Origin: a bacterium
Lineage (GTDB): Bacteria; Patescibacteriota; Minisyncoccia; Moranbacterales; GWC2-37-73
Assembly: GCA_003251635.1 (NCBI GenBank)
Contig: QKEW01000001.1
Location: 15,588 to 79,587, forward strand
DNA length: 64,000 nucleotides
Direction: 5' to 3'
A model generated the notes under the pieces. That model searched no databases, was not told the DNA's origin, and was given only the letters and a program-made list of their open reading frames with translations. A program made the position numbers and the translations under genes. This document shows positions 45,699 to 55,730 of the stretch, one piece after another; the stretch's first letter is position 1, and each line of letters opens with the position of its first letter.

Positions 45699-46451
45699 TT
45701 AACGATTGATTTCTTGGCGAGCCAGAACAACGGCGAAAATCTCACTGGCTCCGGCTTCACGCAAAACCTCGGCACATTCAAAGATGGTGGCGCCGGTGGT
45801 GGCGATGTCGTCGATTAGCAAGATGCGTTTTTGGCGAATTTTTTCGGGATCAATAATCTTAAAAGCGTTTTTTAAATTGAGATAGCGTTTTTGGTAATTT
45901 TTAATTTTCATTTGTGAATCGGTAAACCTGATTCTTTGCAAAGTTTTCGAATCCAGAGAAATTTCAAAATTGGGTGTTAGGTTTTGGCTGACTTGCTTTG
46001 CTAACAAGTGGGATTGATTGAAACCTCGCCAACGCTCTCGGCGTGGATGCAATGGTACTGGTAAAATAAGATCCGGCAAGGGAATTGAAGAGCTGCCGAT
46101 TTTTTCGGTCAAGATTTTTCCCAGTGGGATAGCCAAATCCGAAACAAAACGATATTTGAAGTTGTGGATGGTTTGGCGCAGTTGGCGATCTTGATAGGAG
46201 GCACAAACTAAAAGTCCGTCCAAGGGAGAATCTGGTCGACAGTGGTGGCAAACTTTTCCATCCGGGGTTAAATTTTTTTCACACTTTGGACAAACTTGTT
46301 CAGTTGAAGTTTTGATTTTTTGGCGACAGTTTGAGCAAAGCCAATGGTTTTCCTTTTGACAGCCCAGGCAATTAATCGGAAAAAGACAGTCAAGAAAAAC
46401 TTCGTGCAATTTTCGACTGATTCGCCCAAGTCCTTTTTTGGAAGCTTTCAT
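45699..46451 (-). CDS. comFC: Competence protein ComFC (double zinc-ribbon plus phosphoribosyltransferase domain)
   Basis: CLGCQK...CSNCRQK and CPKCEK...CHHCR zinc ribbons. PRTase motif ILLIDDIATTGATI. 250 aa. Confidence 0.8.
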   Translation of the reverse strand: MKASKKGLGRISRKLHEVFLDCLFPINCLGCQKENHWLCSNCRQKIKTSTEQVCPKCEKNLTPDGKVCHHCRPDSPLDGLLVCASYQDRQLRQTIHNFKYRFVSDLAIPLGKILTEKIGSSSIPLPDLILPVPLHPRRERWRGFNQSHLLAKQVSQNLTPNFEISLDSKTLQRIRFTDSQMKIKNYQKRYLNLKNAFKIIDPEKIRQKRILLIDDIATTGATIFECAEVLREAGASEIFAVVLARQEINR

Positions 46452-46470
46452 CTAAAAAAGATCAAAAAAA

Positions 46471-48963
46471 TTATTTAGCTATGACCTTGTCTTTTTTTAA
46501 GTCTAGGGAAATCGTTTTTTTATGGGGATTTTCCAGAATAAAGCGGGCAATTTCCAATTCCAGGATATCTTGAATATTTTTTCCAACCAAGCGACCCCCG
46601 TATTCAGCCACATGACTTTTTTGAGCTAGGAATTTTTTTAGCGAAGCAGCTACCTTCAAAGAAAGTCCTTGTTTTTTGAGTCTTTGGATGAGATTGCCAA
46701 TTTGCAGATCAACAATTTTCAGAATGTCTTTTTCCGAAAGGGCTTCAAAAATAATCAGATGGTCGAGACGGTTGAGAATTTCCGGTTTGAGATAGTGGGA
46801 AATTTTCTTGATTACATCGGATTTGAGATGATTAAGTTGGGATTGTTGTTTGGAATCCGGGTTTTCTTTTTCAAAAAATCCTAATCGAGCGCCTTGAGTC
46901 AATTCCAAAGTTCCGACATTGGAAGTCAGGATTATGATGGTATTGCGAAAATCAACTCTTTGACCTTCGGCATCAGTCAAAAATCCATCTTCCAAAATTT
47001 GCAGCAGAATGTTGAGAATTTCCGGATGGGCTTTTTCAACTTCATCAAAGAGAATAAGGCTATAGGGATTATGACGCACCCTTTCGGTCAGGGTTCCGCC
47101 TTCGCCAAAACCGATGTAACCGGCCGGCGCTCCCACTAGGCGGGCCACTGTGTGTTTTTCGCTAAATTCACTCATGTCAATCTTGATGATGGAATTGTTG
47201 TCGGAAAATATTTCTTGGGCTAAAATTTTGGCGGTCAGAGTTTTGCCGCTGCCACTGGGACCTAAAAACAAAAAGGAGCCGATCGGTTTGTCCGGGTTGG
47301 TGATTCCACTGAAAGAGCGCAGCAGAACATCGGAAATTGTCCGGATGGCTTTTTCCTGACCAATGATGCTGCGGCCCATTTTTGTTTCTATGTTTTTGAT
47401 TTGACGCCGATCTTGGTTGATGGCTATTTTTTCTTTGGGGATTCGGGTGATGCGAGCAATGGTTTCAATGATGTCTTTTTCGGTCAAAATCAAAGAATTG
47501 TCATTTTCTTGTTCAATTTTCTTTTTGAGTCCGGCTACTTGCTCCAAAAGCTCTTTTTCTTTTTCCTGTTGCAATAGGGCCTGTTCATATTGCTGGTTTT
47601 GAGTCAAAGCTTCCTTTTCTTTGAGGGATTTTTTAATTTGCAATTTGAAACTTTGAATTTGCTTGGTCTGCTCAAAAGAAACGGAATGATTTTTGAGCAC
47701 AGCCGCGCTTTCATCCAGGATATCGATAGCTTTGTCCGGCAAAAATCGGTCATTGATATAGCGCGAGCTCAGTTCAACTGCACTATCAATGGCTTGATCG
47801 GAAATGGAGAGGTGGTGGAATTTTTCGTACTGACTTTTGATTTTGCGCAGCATTTCTTTGGCTTGCTCCACAGAAGGTTCGGCCAATTTGATGGTTTGAA
47901 AACGACGAGCCAGGGCGCTGTCTTTTTCAATATATTTTTTGTATTCACCATAAGTGGTGGCGCCAATACATTGGATTTGGCCGGAAGAAAGAGCGGGTTT
48001 GAGAATGTTGGCCGCGTCCAGTCCGCCTTGAGTATTGCCAGCTCCAACGATAATGTGAAGTTCATCAATAAATAAAATCACATTGGGATTTTGAGAGGCT
48101 TGGTTGATGATTTCCTTGAGTCGATTTTCAAATTCACCGCGAAAGGTTGTGCCAGCTACCACTAGAGCGATATCCAATGAGAAAATTATTTTATCCGCCA
48201 AATAGGCCGGTACTTGTCCGGAATTAATTTTTTGCGCCAAAGCTAAAACCAAAGCGGTTTTACCAACGCCGGGCTGACCGATTAGCAGTGGGTTGTTTTT
48301 AGTTTTGCGTCCCAAGATGTGGATCAATCTTTCCAGTTCTTCTTGGCGACCACTCAATGTTTCCTTGCTTTTAGTTATTTGCTGATTTAGGTTGCTGCAA
48401 AATTGTTGCAAAAAATTTAGACTGGAAGAGTTGGTTTCCGGTTTGGTTGGAATCTTCATTTGCGGAAATTGCATGGAAGCTGAAAAATCAAGCGGGCTTT
48501 CGTCAAAAGGCAAAGCGCTTAAAAGATTTTTGAGATTTTGAAGACTTTTTTGCGAAAGAGATTTATTTTGCCAGATTTTTTTGATTTCCAAATCGTTTGA
48601 TTCCAGCAGAACATGAATCAAATGCTCGGTTCCGATGTAGGGATAGTTCAAATCGCTGGCTAAAGAAAAAGCATCGGTAATGAGCACGCGTAAATTCTTG
48701 GATAGACCCGGCCTGATGGTGGCAACTGATTTGTTGATCGATTTGGAATTTTTTTTGGGCAAAATCTGATTGAAGTGAGTTTTGCGAACCCCGGCATCCT
48801 TGAGCATGTTGGCGCCCAAACTACCTTCTTCCAAATAGATAGCTAAAAGCAGGTGAATCGGTTTGACCTGGGAGCTATGGTAGTGCGCAGCTAAAGCAGC
48901 AGCTTCATTAAGGCTCTTTTTAGCGTGCAAAGTCATTTTGTCGAATATTTCAGCTTGGAACAT
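46471..48963 (-). CDS. clpC: AAA+ chaperone ClpC/ClpB family (two Clp_N repeats, D1 and D2 ATPase modules)
   Basis: Clp_N N-terminus, Walker A GQPGVGKTA (D1) and GPSGSGKT (D2), and a coiled-coil M-region. 830 aa. Confidence 0.85.
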   Translation of the reverse strand: MFQAEIFDKMTLHAKKSLNEAAALAAHYHSSQVKPIHLLLAIYLEEGSLGANMLKDAGVRKTHFNQILPKKNSKSINKSVATIRPGLSKNLRVLITDAFSLASDLNYPYIGTEHLIHVLLESNDLEIKKIWQNKSLSQKSLQNLKNLLSALPFDESPLDFSASMQFPQMKIPTKPETNSSSLNFLQQFCSNLNQQITKSKETLSGRQEELERLIHILGRKTKNNPLLIGQPGVGKTALVLALAQKINSGQVPAYLADKIIFSLDIALVVAGTTFRGEFENRLKEIINQASQNPNVILFIDELHIIVGAGNTQGGLDAANILKPALSSGQIQCIGATTYGEYKKYIEKDSALARRFQTIKLAEPSVEQAKEMLRKIKSQYEKFHHLSISDQAIDSAVELSSRYINDRFLPDKAIDILDESAAVLKNHSVSFEQTKQIQSFKLQIKKSLKEKEALTQNQQYEQALLQQEKEKELLEQVAGLKKKIEQENDNSLILTEKDIIETIARITRIPKEKIAINQDRRQIKNIETKMGRSIIGQEKAIRTISDVLLRSFSGITNPDKPIGSFLFLGPSGSGKTLTAKILAQEIFSDNNSIIKIDMSEFSEKHTVARLVGAPAGYIGFGEGGTLTERVRHNPYSLILFDEVEKAHPEILNILLQILEDGFLTDAEGQRVDFRNTIIILTSNVGTLELTQGARLGFFEKENPDSKQQSQLNHLKSDVIKKISHYLKPEILNRLDHLIIFEALSEKDILKIVDLQIGNLIQRLKKQGLSLKVAASLKKFLAQKSHVAEYGGRLVGKNIQDILELEIARFILENPHKKTISLDLKKDKVIAK

Positions 48964-49090
48964 GGTTTAAAAATTGGTTAAAATCTTAAAAATATCCATT
49001 GGTATATTCTATTTTTATTAGCTTTAAATGTCAACTGACTAGACCTATTTGGACATTGGACATTTACGCTATAAAGTTGTAATATAGAGT

Positions 49091-51070
49091 GTGATTTTTT
49101 TTGAATTTTTTATGCGATTTGAGATTGATTCAAAATTTCAACCTTCCGGTGATCAGCCGGGAGCCATCAAGGAATTGACACAAGGATTGAAAGACGGACA
49201 GCGTTTTCAAACGCTTTTGGGTGTGACCGGATCAGGTAAGACATTTACGATGGCCAACGTGATTGAGGCGGTGCAAAAACCCACTTTGGTAATTGCGCCC
49301 AATAAAACCCTGGCCGCTCAGCTGGCTCAAGAATTTCGCTTGTTTTTTCCCAAGAATTCGGCGGAATATTTCGTATCCTACTATGATTACTACCAACCGG
49401 AAGCTTATATTGCATCATTCGGAGCTTACATTGAAAAAGAAGTTCAAATCAATGAGGAGATTGATCGGTTGCGTCATGCGGCGACGGCCGCTTTGCTTTC
49501 GCGGCGCGACGTGGTGATTGTGGCCTCAGTTTCTTGCATCTATGGTTTGGGCTCGCCGGAATATTACAAAAAAGGTACGGTTGAAGTGATCGTTGGTCAG
49601 AAAAACAGTCGGGAAAAAATTATGCAAGGCTTGATTGAGATGCAATATCAACGATCGGAGATTTTGGAACGCGGAAAATTTCGAGTAGTTGGCGATGTGT
49701 TGGAAGTGATCATGCCTGGACGGGAAGTGATCACTCGGATTGAATTGGAAAGTGGCAAAGTCGCGTCGATTCGGGAATATGATTTTTTAACCGGTGAAAA
49801 ATTGGGACAATTGGAGAAAACTTTGATTTTTCCGGCCAAGCACTTTGTGGTGCCGGAAGAAATTTTGGAAAATTCATTTGAGCAGATCGAGCGTGAAGCA
49901 ATCGAGCGGGAAAAATTTTTTACTAAAAATGGTCAGAATTTGGAGGCGGAAAGAATTCGCCTGAGAACTCGGCATGATTTGGAAATGATGCGTGAAATCG
50001 GCTATTGCAATGGAATTGAAAATTATTCGCGTTATTTGACCGGACGAGAAGCTGGGGAAGCGCCTTATACTTTGCTGGATTATTTTCCTGAGGATTTTTT
50101 GTTGATCATTGATGAGTCGCACGTGACAATTCCGCAATTGGGCGCGATGTTCAATGGCGACAAATCGCGTAAAAATTCTTTGATCGAAAACGGTTTTCGT
50201 TTGCCAAGTGCCTATGATAACCGCCCGTTGAAATTTGAAGAATTTGAAGGCAAGATCAATCAAGCTATTTTCACTTCAGCCACTCCGGGAAATTATGAAA
50301 AGAAAAACTCAAGCCAAATTGTGGAACAGATCATTCGTCCAACCGGTCTTTTGGATCCGCAAATTGAAATCAAACCGGCTCGAGGGCAAGTCAAAGACGT
50401 GTTGGGTCAAATTGAGAAAGTGGTTGAAAAAAACCAACGGGTTTTGATCACGACTTTGACCAAGAAACAGGCTGAAGATTTGGCGGAATTTTTGCGGGAA
50501 AATGAAATTAAATCTGAGTATTTGCATTCCAATGTGGATACCTTGGATCGAATTCGAATTTTGGAAGGCTTGCGGCGCGGTGAGTTTGACGTTTTGGTGG
50601 GAGTCAATCTGCTACGCGAAGGTTTGGATTTGCCGGAAGTTTCTTTGGTGGCGATTTTGGATGCGGACAAGGAAGGGTTTCTGCGCAGTGAAACTTCTTT
50701 GATTCAGACCATTGGTCGAGCGGCTCGCAATGTCAATGGCAGAGTGATTCTCTATGCGGATGCCCCAACCGGTTCAATGAAAAAAGCCATTGGGGAAACC
50801 GAGCGTCGGCGCCAATTGCAAATGGACTACAATCAAAAACATCACATCACGCCCAAAACGATTGAGAAAAAAATCCAGTCAATTGTGGATCATGAAATCA
50901 ACCCGCAAATGGTCCAAGACTTTTCTCACTTGGAATCTTTGGAAAATATTGGAGCCTACATCAAGCAGAAAGAAAAAGAGATGAAGACGGCGGCCAAGAA
51001 TCTGGAATTTGAAAAAGCCGCCCTGATTCGAGATGAGATTTCCCAGTTGCGCAAATTGCAACTTAACTAA
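49091..51070 (+). CDS. uvrB: Excinuclease ABC subunit B (the true start is probably MRFEIDSKFQ at 49112)
   Basis: FQPSGDQPGAIKEL, helicase motifs GVTGSGKT and DESH, and a C-terminal UVR domain EFEKAALIRDEISQLR. 659 aa. Confidence 0.9.
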   Translation: MIFFEFFMRFEIDSKFQPSGDQPGAIKELTQGLKDGQRFQTLLGVTGSGKTFTMANVIEAVQKPTLVIAPNKTLAAQLAQEFRLFFPKNSAEYFVSYYDYYQPEAYIASFGAYIEKEVQINEEIDRLRHAATAALLSRRDVVIVASVSCIYGLGSPEYYKKGTVEVIVGQKNSREKIMQGLIEMQYQRSEILERGKFRVVGDVLEVIMPGREVITRIELESGKVASIREYDFLTGEKLGQLEKTLIFPAKHFVVPEEILENSFEQIEREAIEREKFFTKNGQNLEAERIRLRTRHDLEMMREIGYCNGIENYSRYLTGREAGEAPYTLLDYFPEDFLLIIDESHVTIPQLGAMFNGDKSRKNSLIENGFRLPSAYDNRPLKFEEFEGKINQAIFTSATPGNYEKKNSSQIVEQIIRPTGLLDPQIEIKPARGQVKDVLGQIEKVVEKNQRVLITTLTKKQAEDLAEFLRENEIKSEYLHSNVDTLDRIRILEGLRRGEFDVLVGVNLLREGLDLPEVSLVAILDADKEGFLRSETSLIQTIGRAARNVNGRVILYADAPTGSMKKAIGETERRRQLQMDYNQKHHITPKTIEKKIQSIVDHEINPQMVQDFSHLESLENIGAYIKQKEKEMKTAAKNLEFEKAALIRDEISQLRKLQLN

Positions 51071-51176
51071 TTTGGACAGGGTTAAGATGCAATGCGCCCT
51101 TTATTATTGTTTTTTACCCTGAAAATGTGTACAATAGAAGTGTCTTTGATTTTTAAAAAAAATTAGAAAAAATAAG

Positions 51177-52076
51177 ATGAGTATTGATGGCAGTGAAGAC
51201 ACAAGAAAAACGCCAGGCGATTTTTATTCCAAGGCTTTTTCTCGAAATATTGGTTTATTAAGTAAAAAGGAGCAAGACACTCTGAAAAAATCAAAAATTG
51301 CAATAGCGGGACTTGGTGGTGTTGGGGGTAACTATTGTTTAAGTATGGTCAGGACTGGTTTGGGAAATTTTTCTATTGCCGATTTTGATTCTTTTGAGGT
51401 TGCTAATATTAATAGGCAAGCCGGCGCTGAGGTGGATACTTTTGGGCGAGCTAAATGTGAAGTTATGGCGGAAAAAATATTAGCAGTTAACCCTCACGCT
51501 GAAGTTGAAAAGTTCTCAAAGGGTATAAACGAGGACAACATGGATGAATTTTTGCAAGAAGTCGATGTTGTTTTGGATGGTTTAGATTTTTTTGCAATCA
51601 AAGAAAGGTTGTTGCTTTTTCGTAAAGCTAGAGAAAAAGGGATTTTTGCGATAACTTCGCCCCCGGTTGGTTTCGGGGCGGCTTTATTGGTTTTTGATCC
51701 TAAGGGGATGAGTTTTGAGGATTATTTTGATATTCAAGCTGGAATGGAGGAAAAAGAAATGTTATTTCGTTTCGGAATTGGATTAACCCCGTCATTTATA
51801 CAAAGAGCCTATTTTCGTCCAGATTCAATAGATTTGTCTGGCAAAAAAACTCCATCTCTGAGTATTGGGACTCAAATGTGCAGTGCACTGGTTTCTTGTG
51901 AGGTTGTTAAGATAGTTTTAGATAAAAAAATTCGAGCTGTTCCTTGCTCTACTCATTTCGATCCCTATGTTCAAAAGTATAGGAAAATATATTTGCCTTG
52001 GGGAAACAGAAACCCCAAACAATTATTTAAGAGATGGGTAATTAAAAAAATTCTTAAAAATAGTGGGAAAATATGA
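51177..52076 (+). CDS. ThiF/MoeB/TcdA-family E1-like adenylyltransferase
   Basis: Rossmann nucleotide-binding motif IAIAGLGGVGGNYCLSMVRTG plus DFD...NINRQ. 299 aa. First gene of an 11-gene co-directional cluster. Confidence 0.7.
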   Translation: MSIDGSEDTRKTPGDFYSKAFSRNIGLLSKKEQDTLKKSKIAIAGLGGVGGNYCLSMVRTGLGNFSIADFDSFEVANINRQAGAEVDTFGRAKCEVMAEKILAVNPHAEVEKFSKGINEDNMDEFLQEVDVVLDGLDFFAIKERLLLFRKAREKGIFAITSPPVGFGAALLVFDPKGMSFEDYFDIQAGMEEKEMLFRFGIGLTPSFIQRAYFRPDSIDLSGKKTPSLSIGTQMCSALVSCEVVKIVLDKKIRAVPCSTHFDPYVQKYRKIYLPWGNRNPKQLFKRWVIKKILKNSGKI

Positions 52077-52741
52077 AAGAGGCTAAAAAATTTAAAAGAA
52101 GTAGTAAAATTCTAATAAAAGCGCGATATTTTGTTGGGGATTTGGTGATCTTCATGAGTCAGATATTTTTATATGTATCTGTTTCCAGAATACTTCGTTT
52201 TTATTTTAAGGCTAATAAGAAAATTGATTATCCGAGCAAGTCTATAAAAAATGGATCCTTGATAATCTCCAATCATCAATCAATGCTGGATCCCTTTGTT
52301 ATTACAGCCTACCTGCCTTTTAGGGATTTTTTGAAAATAATTCCAATAAGATATCCAACTAGTCATAGACATTTTATGAAGATGCCGTTTTTAGCTTTTT
52401 TTGGAGCTTACAGTATAGGGGGAGATAAAAGAAGTAAGATGTTGAAACTTTTTCTTACTAGAGAACATTTGGCCAGAGGAAGAAGTATAATGCTATTTCC
52501 TGAGGGTAAAATTTGTTATAATCCCAATGAGGGAATGAGTGAATTTCAAAAAGGTGTAACTTTTTTAACAGATATTGCCAACAACGTTTTGATTGTCAGA
52601 ATGGAGGGATTTCATAGTTGTGACTGGATTAAGCTTTGGCGAAAGCATAGGAGTATGGCTTTTAGTGATCTATATAATTTCCAGGGAAAAGATAAGGACG
52701 TCAACGATTTAAAGGAATGTCTGGAACAGTTACCTGTCTAA
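52073..52741 (+). CDS. PlsC-family lysophospholipid/aminolipid O-acyltransferase (OlsA/PlsC-like), N-terminal TM
   Basis: HX4D box ISNHQSMLDPF and FPEGK motif. 4-bp overlap with the upstream gene. 222 aa. Confidence 0.7.
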   Translation: MKEAKKFKRSSKILIKARYFVGDLVIFMSQIFLYVSVSRILRFYFKANKKIDYPSKSIKNGSLIISNHQSMLDPFVITAYLPFRDFLKIIPIRYPTSHRHFMKMPFLAFFGAYSIGGDKRSKMLKLFLTREHLARGRSIMLFPEGKICYNPNEGMSEFQKGVTFLTDIANNVLIVRMEGFHSCDWIKLWRKHRSMAFSDLYNFQGKDKDVNDLKECLEQLPV

Positions 52742-52762
52742 TTAATTCGTAAAGATACTGTT

Positions 52763-53452
52763 ATGGAAATCGCAAATTGTTCTAGGTGGAATGATTCGTG
52801 CGTGAATAAATACTTTTCTATTGAGGAAAAAAAGACTTTTGAAGGAATGGATTTTGCTAGAAAAAATGATTGGATTTTGGGTCGAATTGCAGCTAAGCGA
52901 GCAGTAGCAAGACTTTTGGTAAAAAAATTTTCCCTAAGAATTGCTCATAATGATGTTAATATAGTTTATTTAGAAAGTGGCAAACCGCAGGTTGAAATTT
53001 TGAATCTTGAGATTAGCAAAAAAATAATAGAATATGGACTTGAGAATAATATTGATATTTCCATATCTCATTCTGGATCAATAGCTTTAGCGGCAGTTTC
53101 AATTATGAGTGAAGATGGCTGCGTGGGGATTGATATTGAAAGAGAGAGGAAATTTTCTTCACAAGTAAGGGGAGCATTTTTAAATAAAGAAGATGAGATT
53201 GTTATTTCCAGAAAACCGCCGGTAAATTTGAACAAGATGGTAACTTTTTATTGGTGTGCCAAAGAAGCATTTCTTAAGGCTAAAGGAGTTGGTATTAGGC
53301 AGCATCCAGCCACAGTAAGTCTTTTTTTTCAAGAAAAAAATTGTGGAAAAATTATTGATAAAACGGAACCTTCGATCAAAGCTTTTTTTCAAAGAATAAA
53401 TTTTTCGAAAGGGCATGTGGCGGCTGTAGTGAATATTGCATCTAAGTATTGA
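52763..53452 (+). CDS. 4'-phosphopantetheinyl transferase (Sfp/EntD-type)
   Basis: GIDIERERKF and FYWCAKEAFLKAKG correspond to PPTase motifs (G-D-E and W-KEA-KA-G). 229 aa. Confidence 0.7.
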   Translation: MEIANCSRWNDSCVNKYFSIEEKKTFEGMDFARKNDWILGRIAAKRAVARLLVKKFSLRIAHNDVNIVYLESGKPQVEILNLEISKKIIEYGLENNIDISISHSGSIALAAVSIMSEDGCVGIDIERERKFSSQVRGAFLNKEDEIVISRKPPVNLNKMVTFYWCAKEAFLKAKGVGIRQHPATVSLFFQEKNCGKIIDKTEPSIKAFFQRINFSKGHVAAVVNIASKY

Positions 53453-53493
53453 TAGGTAATTTTTATAAATCGTCGGAATAAAAAATAAAAACT

Positions 53494-53724
53494 ATGGATA
53501 AGATAACGGAGAGGGTTTATGAAGTTATCAACAAAACGCTGGAGGGTGAAAAAAAAGTTTTAACGTTGGAAGCTAAAATAGAGGATATATGCAAAGACTC
53601 AATTCAAATATTTGGTTTGATAATGGCATTTGAAAAAGAATTTCAAAAAAAAGTAACTTACGAAGATTTAATAAGCATTGAAACTGTCGGAGATGTTATT
53701 GATTACATAAGAACCAATTATTAG
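53494..53724 (+). CDS. Acyl carrier protein (stand-alone, 76 aa)
   Basis: DICKDSIQIFGLIMAFEKEF aligns with the ACP LGADSLDTVELVMALEEEF region; Ser is in DSI. Confidence 0.65.
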   Translation: MDKITERVYEVINKTLEGEKKVLTLEAKIEDICKDSIQIFGLIMAFEKEFQKKVTYEDLISIETVGDVIDYIRTNY

Positions 53725-53727
53725 AAA

Positions 53728-54510
53728 TTGAAATTTATGAAGTTAAAAAATATAACTAAAACAACTATGATTTTTTTTACATTTTTGATTATTGGTATAG
53801 TTCTTTTCCTGACTTTAAATGGGTTTTTTAACGGATTTAGTTTTAAGCTCAAATATGGTACTCTTTCTTTTTTTGGAACCAAGGAAAAAATGAACACCTT
53901 AAATCAGGAAAGTATTACTGATTCCAAGAATGGAAATGAAATTGCAACAATTATAATTCATGGAGCTGGAGCCAGTTATTACAAAGATGTTTATGGGATG
54001 ACTGTTTGGCTAAAAAGTCAGGGTTTTAATCCGATTTCATTTGATTATGATTATAAGGATTCACCGGATATTTCCGCAGAGAAACTAGCGGAGTTCGTTG
54101 ACGAGGTGCTTGTAAAAACTGATAAAAGTAAAGTTAATATTTTAGGATTATGTTTGGGTGGTTTGCTTGCTAAATACTATGTGCAAGAATTCAATGCAAG
54201 TGATAAAATTGAGAAATTCGTTTCTGTTGTTTCACCAGCAAAAATTATTCCAAAAAAAGAACCAGCTTACCAATATAATAAATTCTTTTCTTTTGATCCG
54301 GAGCCTTGGAATTTTGTTTTAAAGGAATTGGAAAATAAAAATCCAATCGATAATCATCTTTATATTTATTGTAAAAAAGATTTATTAGTTCCAAGTAAAT
54401 ACCAATTTTCTCAAGAGGGAAATTATCTGGGCTTAAGTTGTGGACATTCTTTCATAAATTCTAATCCGGAAATATTAAATAGGACTGTCGATTTTTTTCA
54501 GAAAAAATAA
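53728..54510 (+). CDS. Membrane-anchored alpha/beta-hydrolase-fold enzyme with a Cys in the nucleophile elbow (GLCLGG)
   Basis: N-terminal TM, oxyanion IIIHGAGAS, and a nucleophile elbow ILGLCLGGLLA with Cys instead of Ser (compare PHA synthase GxCxG and dienelactone hydrolase GYCLGG). Confidence 0.5.
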   Translation: MKFMKLKNITKTTMIFFTFLIIGIVLFLTLNGFFNGFSFKLKYGTLSFFGTKEKMNTLNQESITDSKNGNEIATIIIHGAGASYYKDVYGMTVWLKSQGFNPISFDYDYKDSPDISAEKLAEFVDEVLVKTDKSKVNILGLCLGGLLAKYYVQEFNASDKIEKFVSVVSPAKIIPKKEPAYQYNKFFSFDPEPWNFVLKELENKNPIDNHLYIYCKKDLLVPSKYQFSQEGNYLGLSCGHSFINSNPEILNRTVDFFQKK

Positions 54511-54529
54511 AAACAATAAAACCTTACTA

Positions 54530-55723
54530 ATGTTTAGCAGGATAAAAATATTATTATCTTTTGCACTCCGAGATATATCCAAAAGTAGGACTACTTTAAT
54601 ACTGACAGTTTTTAGTTTGACGGCTATATTTACGGCAGTTATTTTGTCCACTAGTATTTTGGATGGTTTTCAAGCTACTTTGCAAAATGGTTCAATAAAC
54701 ACTGGCGGTCATCTCACTGTAAAACCAGCAAAAGGTGAGAATATAAAAAATATAGATTTGGTTCAAAATGATTTGGGTCTCAATGAAGAGATTGAAGGCT
54801 ACAGCACAAGGAGTCATGCTGGCCTTATTATGGAAATTGACGGATCTTTTAAAGGGGTTGGATATGCAGCATTAGGGGTGGATCCCATGATGGAAAGAAG
54901 TGCCTCGCAAGTTCCAAATTACTTGGTATCTGGACGTTATTTGCTTCCATCTGACGAGAGAAGCGTGGTTATTGGTGTCACCTTGGCTGATTTGTTGTCT
55001 GGCTTATTATATGACGGAAAAGAAATAAGTGTTGGTGAAGAGGTGAGATATATTTCACCTCTGACTGGCAAAGCTAGAGACTACACGGTAGTGGGGATTG
55101 TTGATACTAAATATTTTCATTCAAATTGGAGTTCTTATTTTCCTAAAAAAGAATTGGAATGGCTAGATAATTCTAAAAAGGATAGTGAAATTATAGTTAG
55201 GTTAAAGGACCCAAGTAATATTGAAGATCAGCGACAGGTTTTACAAAATGAACTGAATGGCGAAAAAGTTTTTACCTGGAATGAAAAAGAGGGATATATT
55301 TTTAACATAGTAATGGCTATTAAGTTTATTACGGGAAATATAAGTAATCTCTTGATAATCACAGCCTTTGTTATTGTTAGCGTTATTATTTACATAAATG
55401 TGTCACAGCGACGCAGGCAAATTGGAATAATAAAATCAATGGGAGCTAAAAATAGTTTTGTAGTGGCTATTTATATGGTAGAGGCTTTGGTTTATTTTAT
55501 ACTTTCTTTTTTGTTGGCTTTTTTGGTTTTTTTGTTAATCCACATTTTTTTTGTGAATAATCCAATACCTTTGCTTATTGGAGATTTTCGCACCGTAATT
55601 GTTAAAAGCGATATGGTAAAAATATTTTTTATTCTTATTTTATCAACAATTTCTGGTAGCATGATTCCGTCTTATATTGCTGCTAGAACGCAGATTGTTA
55701 ATGTTTTAAGAGGGGAATCCTGA
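54530..55723 (+). CDS. ABC transporter permease, FtsX/MacB/LolC-like (TM1, periplasmic domain, three C-terminal TMs)
   Basis: FtsX-domain C-terminus ...QRRRQIGIIKSMGAKNSFV... followed by three TM helices. 397 aa. Confidence 0.8.
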   Translation: MFSRIKILLSFALRDISKSRTTLILTVFSLTAIFTAVILSTSILDGFQATLQNGSINTGGHLTVKPAKGENIKNIDLVQNDLGLNEEIEGYSTRSHAGLIMEIDGSFKGVGYAALGVDPMMERSASQVPNYLVSGRYLLPSDERSVVIGVTLADLLSGLLYDGKEISVGEEVRYISPLTGKARDYTVVGIVDTKYFHSNWSSYFPKKELEWLDNSKKDSEIIVRLKDPSNIEDQRQVLQNELNGEKVFTWNEKEGYIFNIVMAIKFITGNISNLLIITAFVIVSVIIYINVSQRRRQIGIIKSMGAKNSFVVAIYMVEALVYFILSFLLAFLVFLLIHIFFVNNPIPLLIGDFRTVIVKSDMVKIFFILILSTISGSMIPSYIAARTQIVNVLRGES

Positions 55724-55730
55724 TGAGCTT

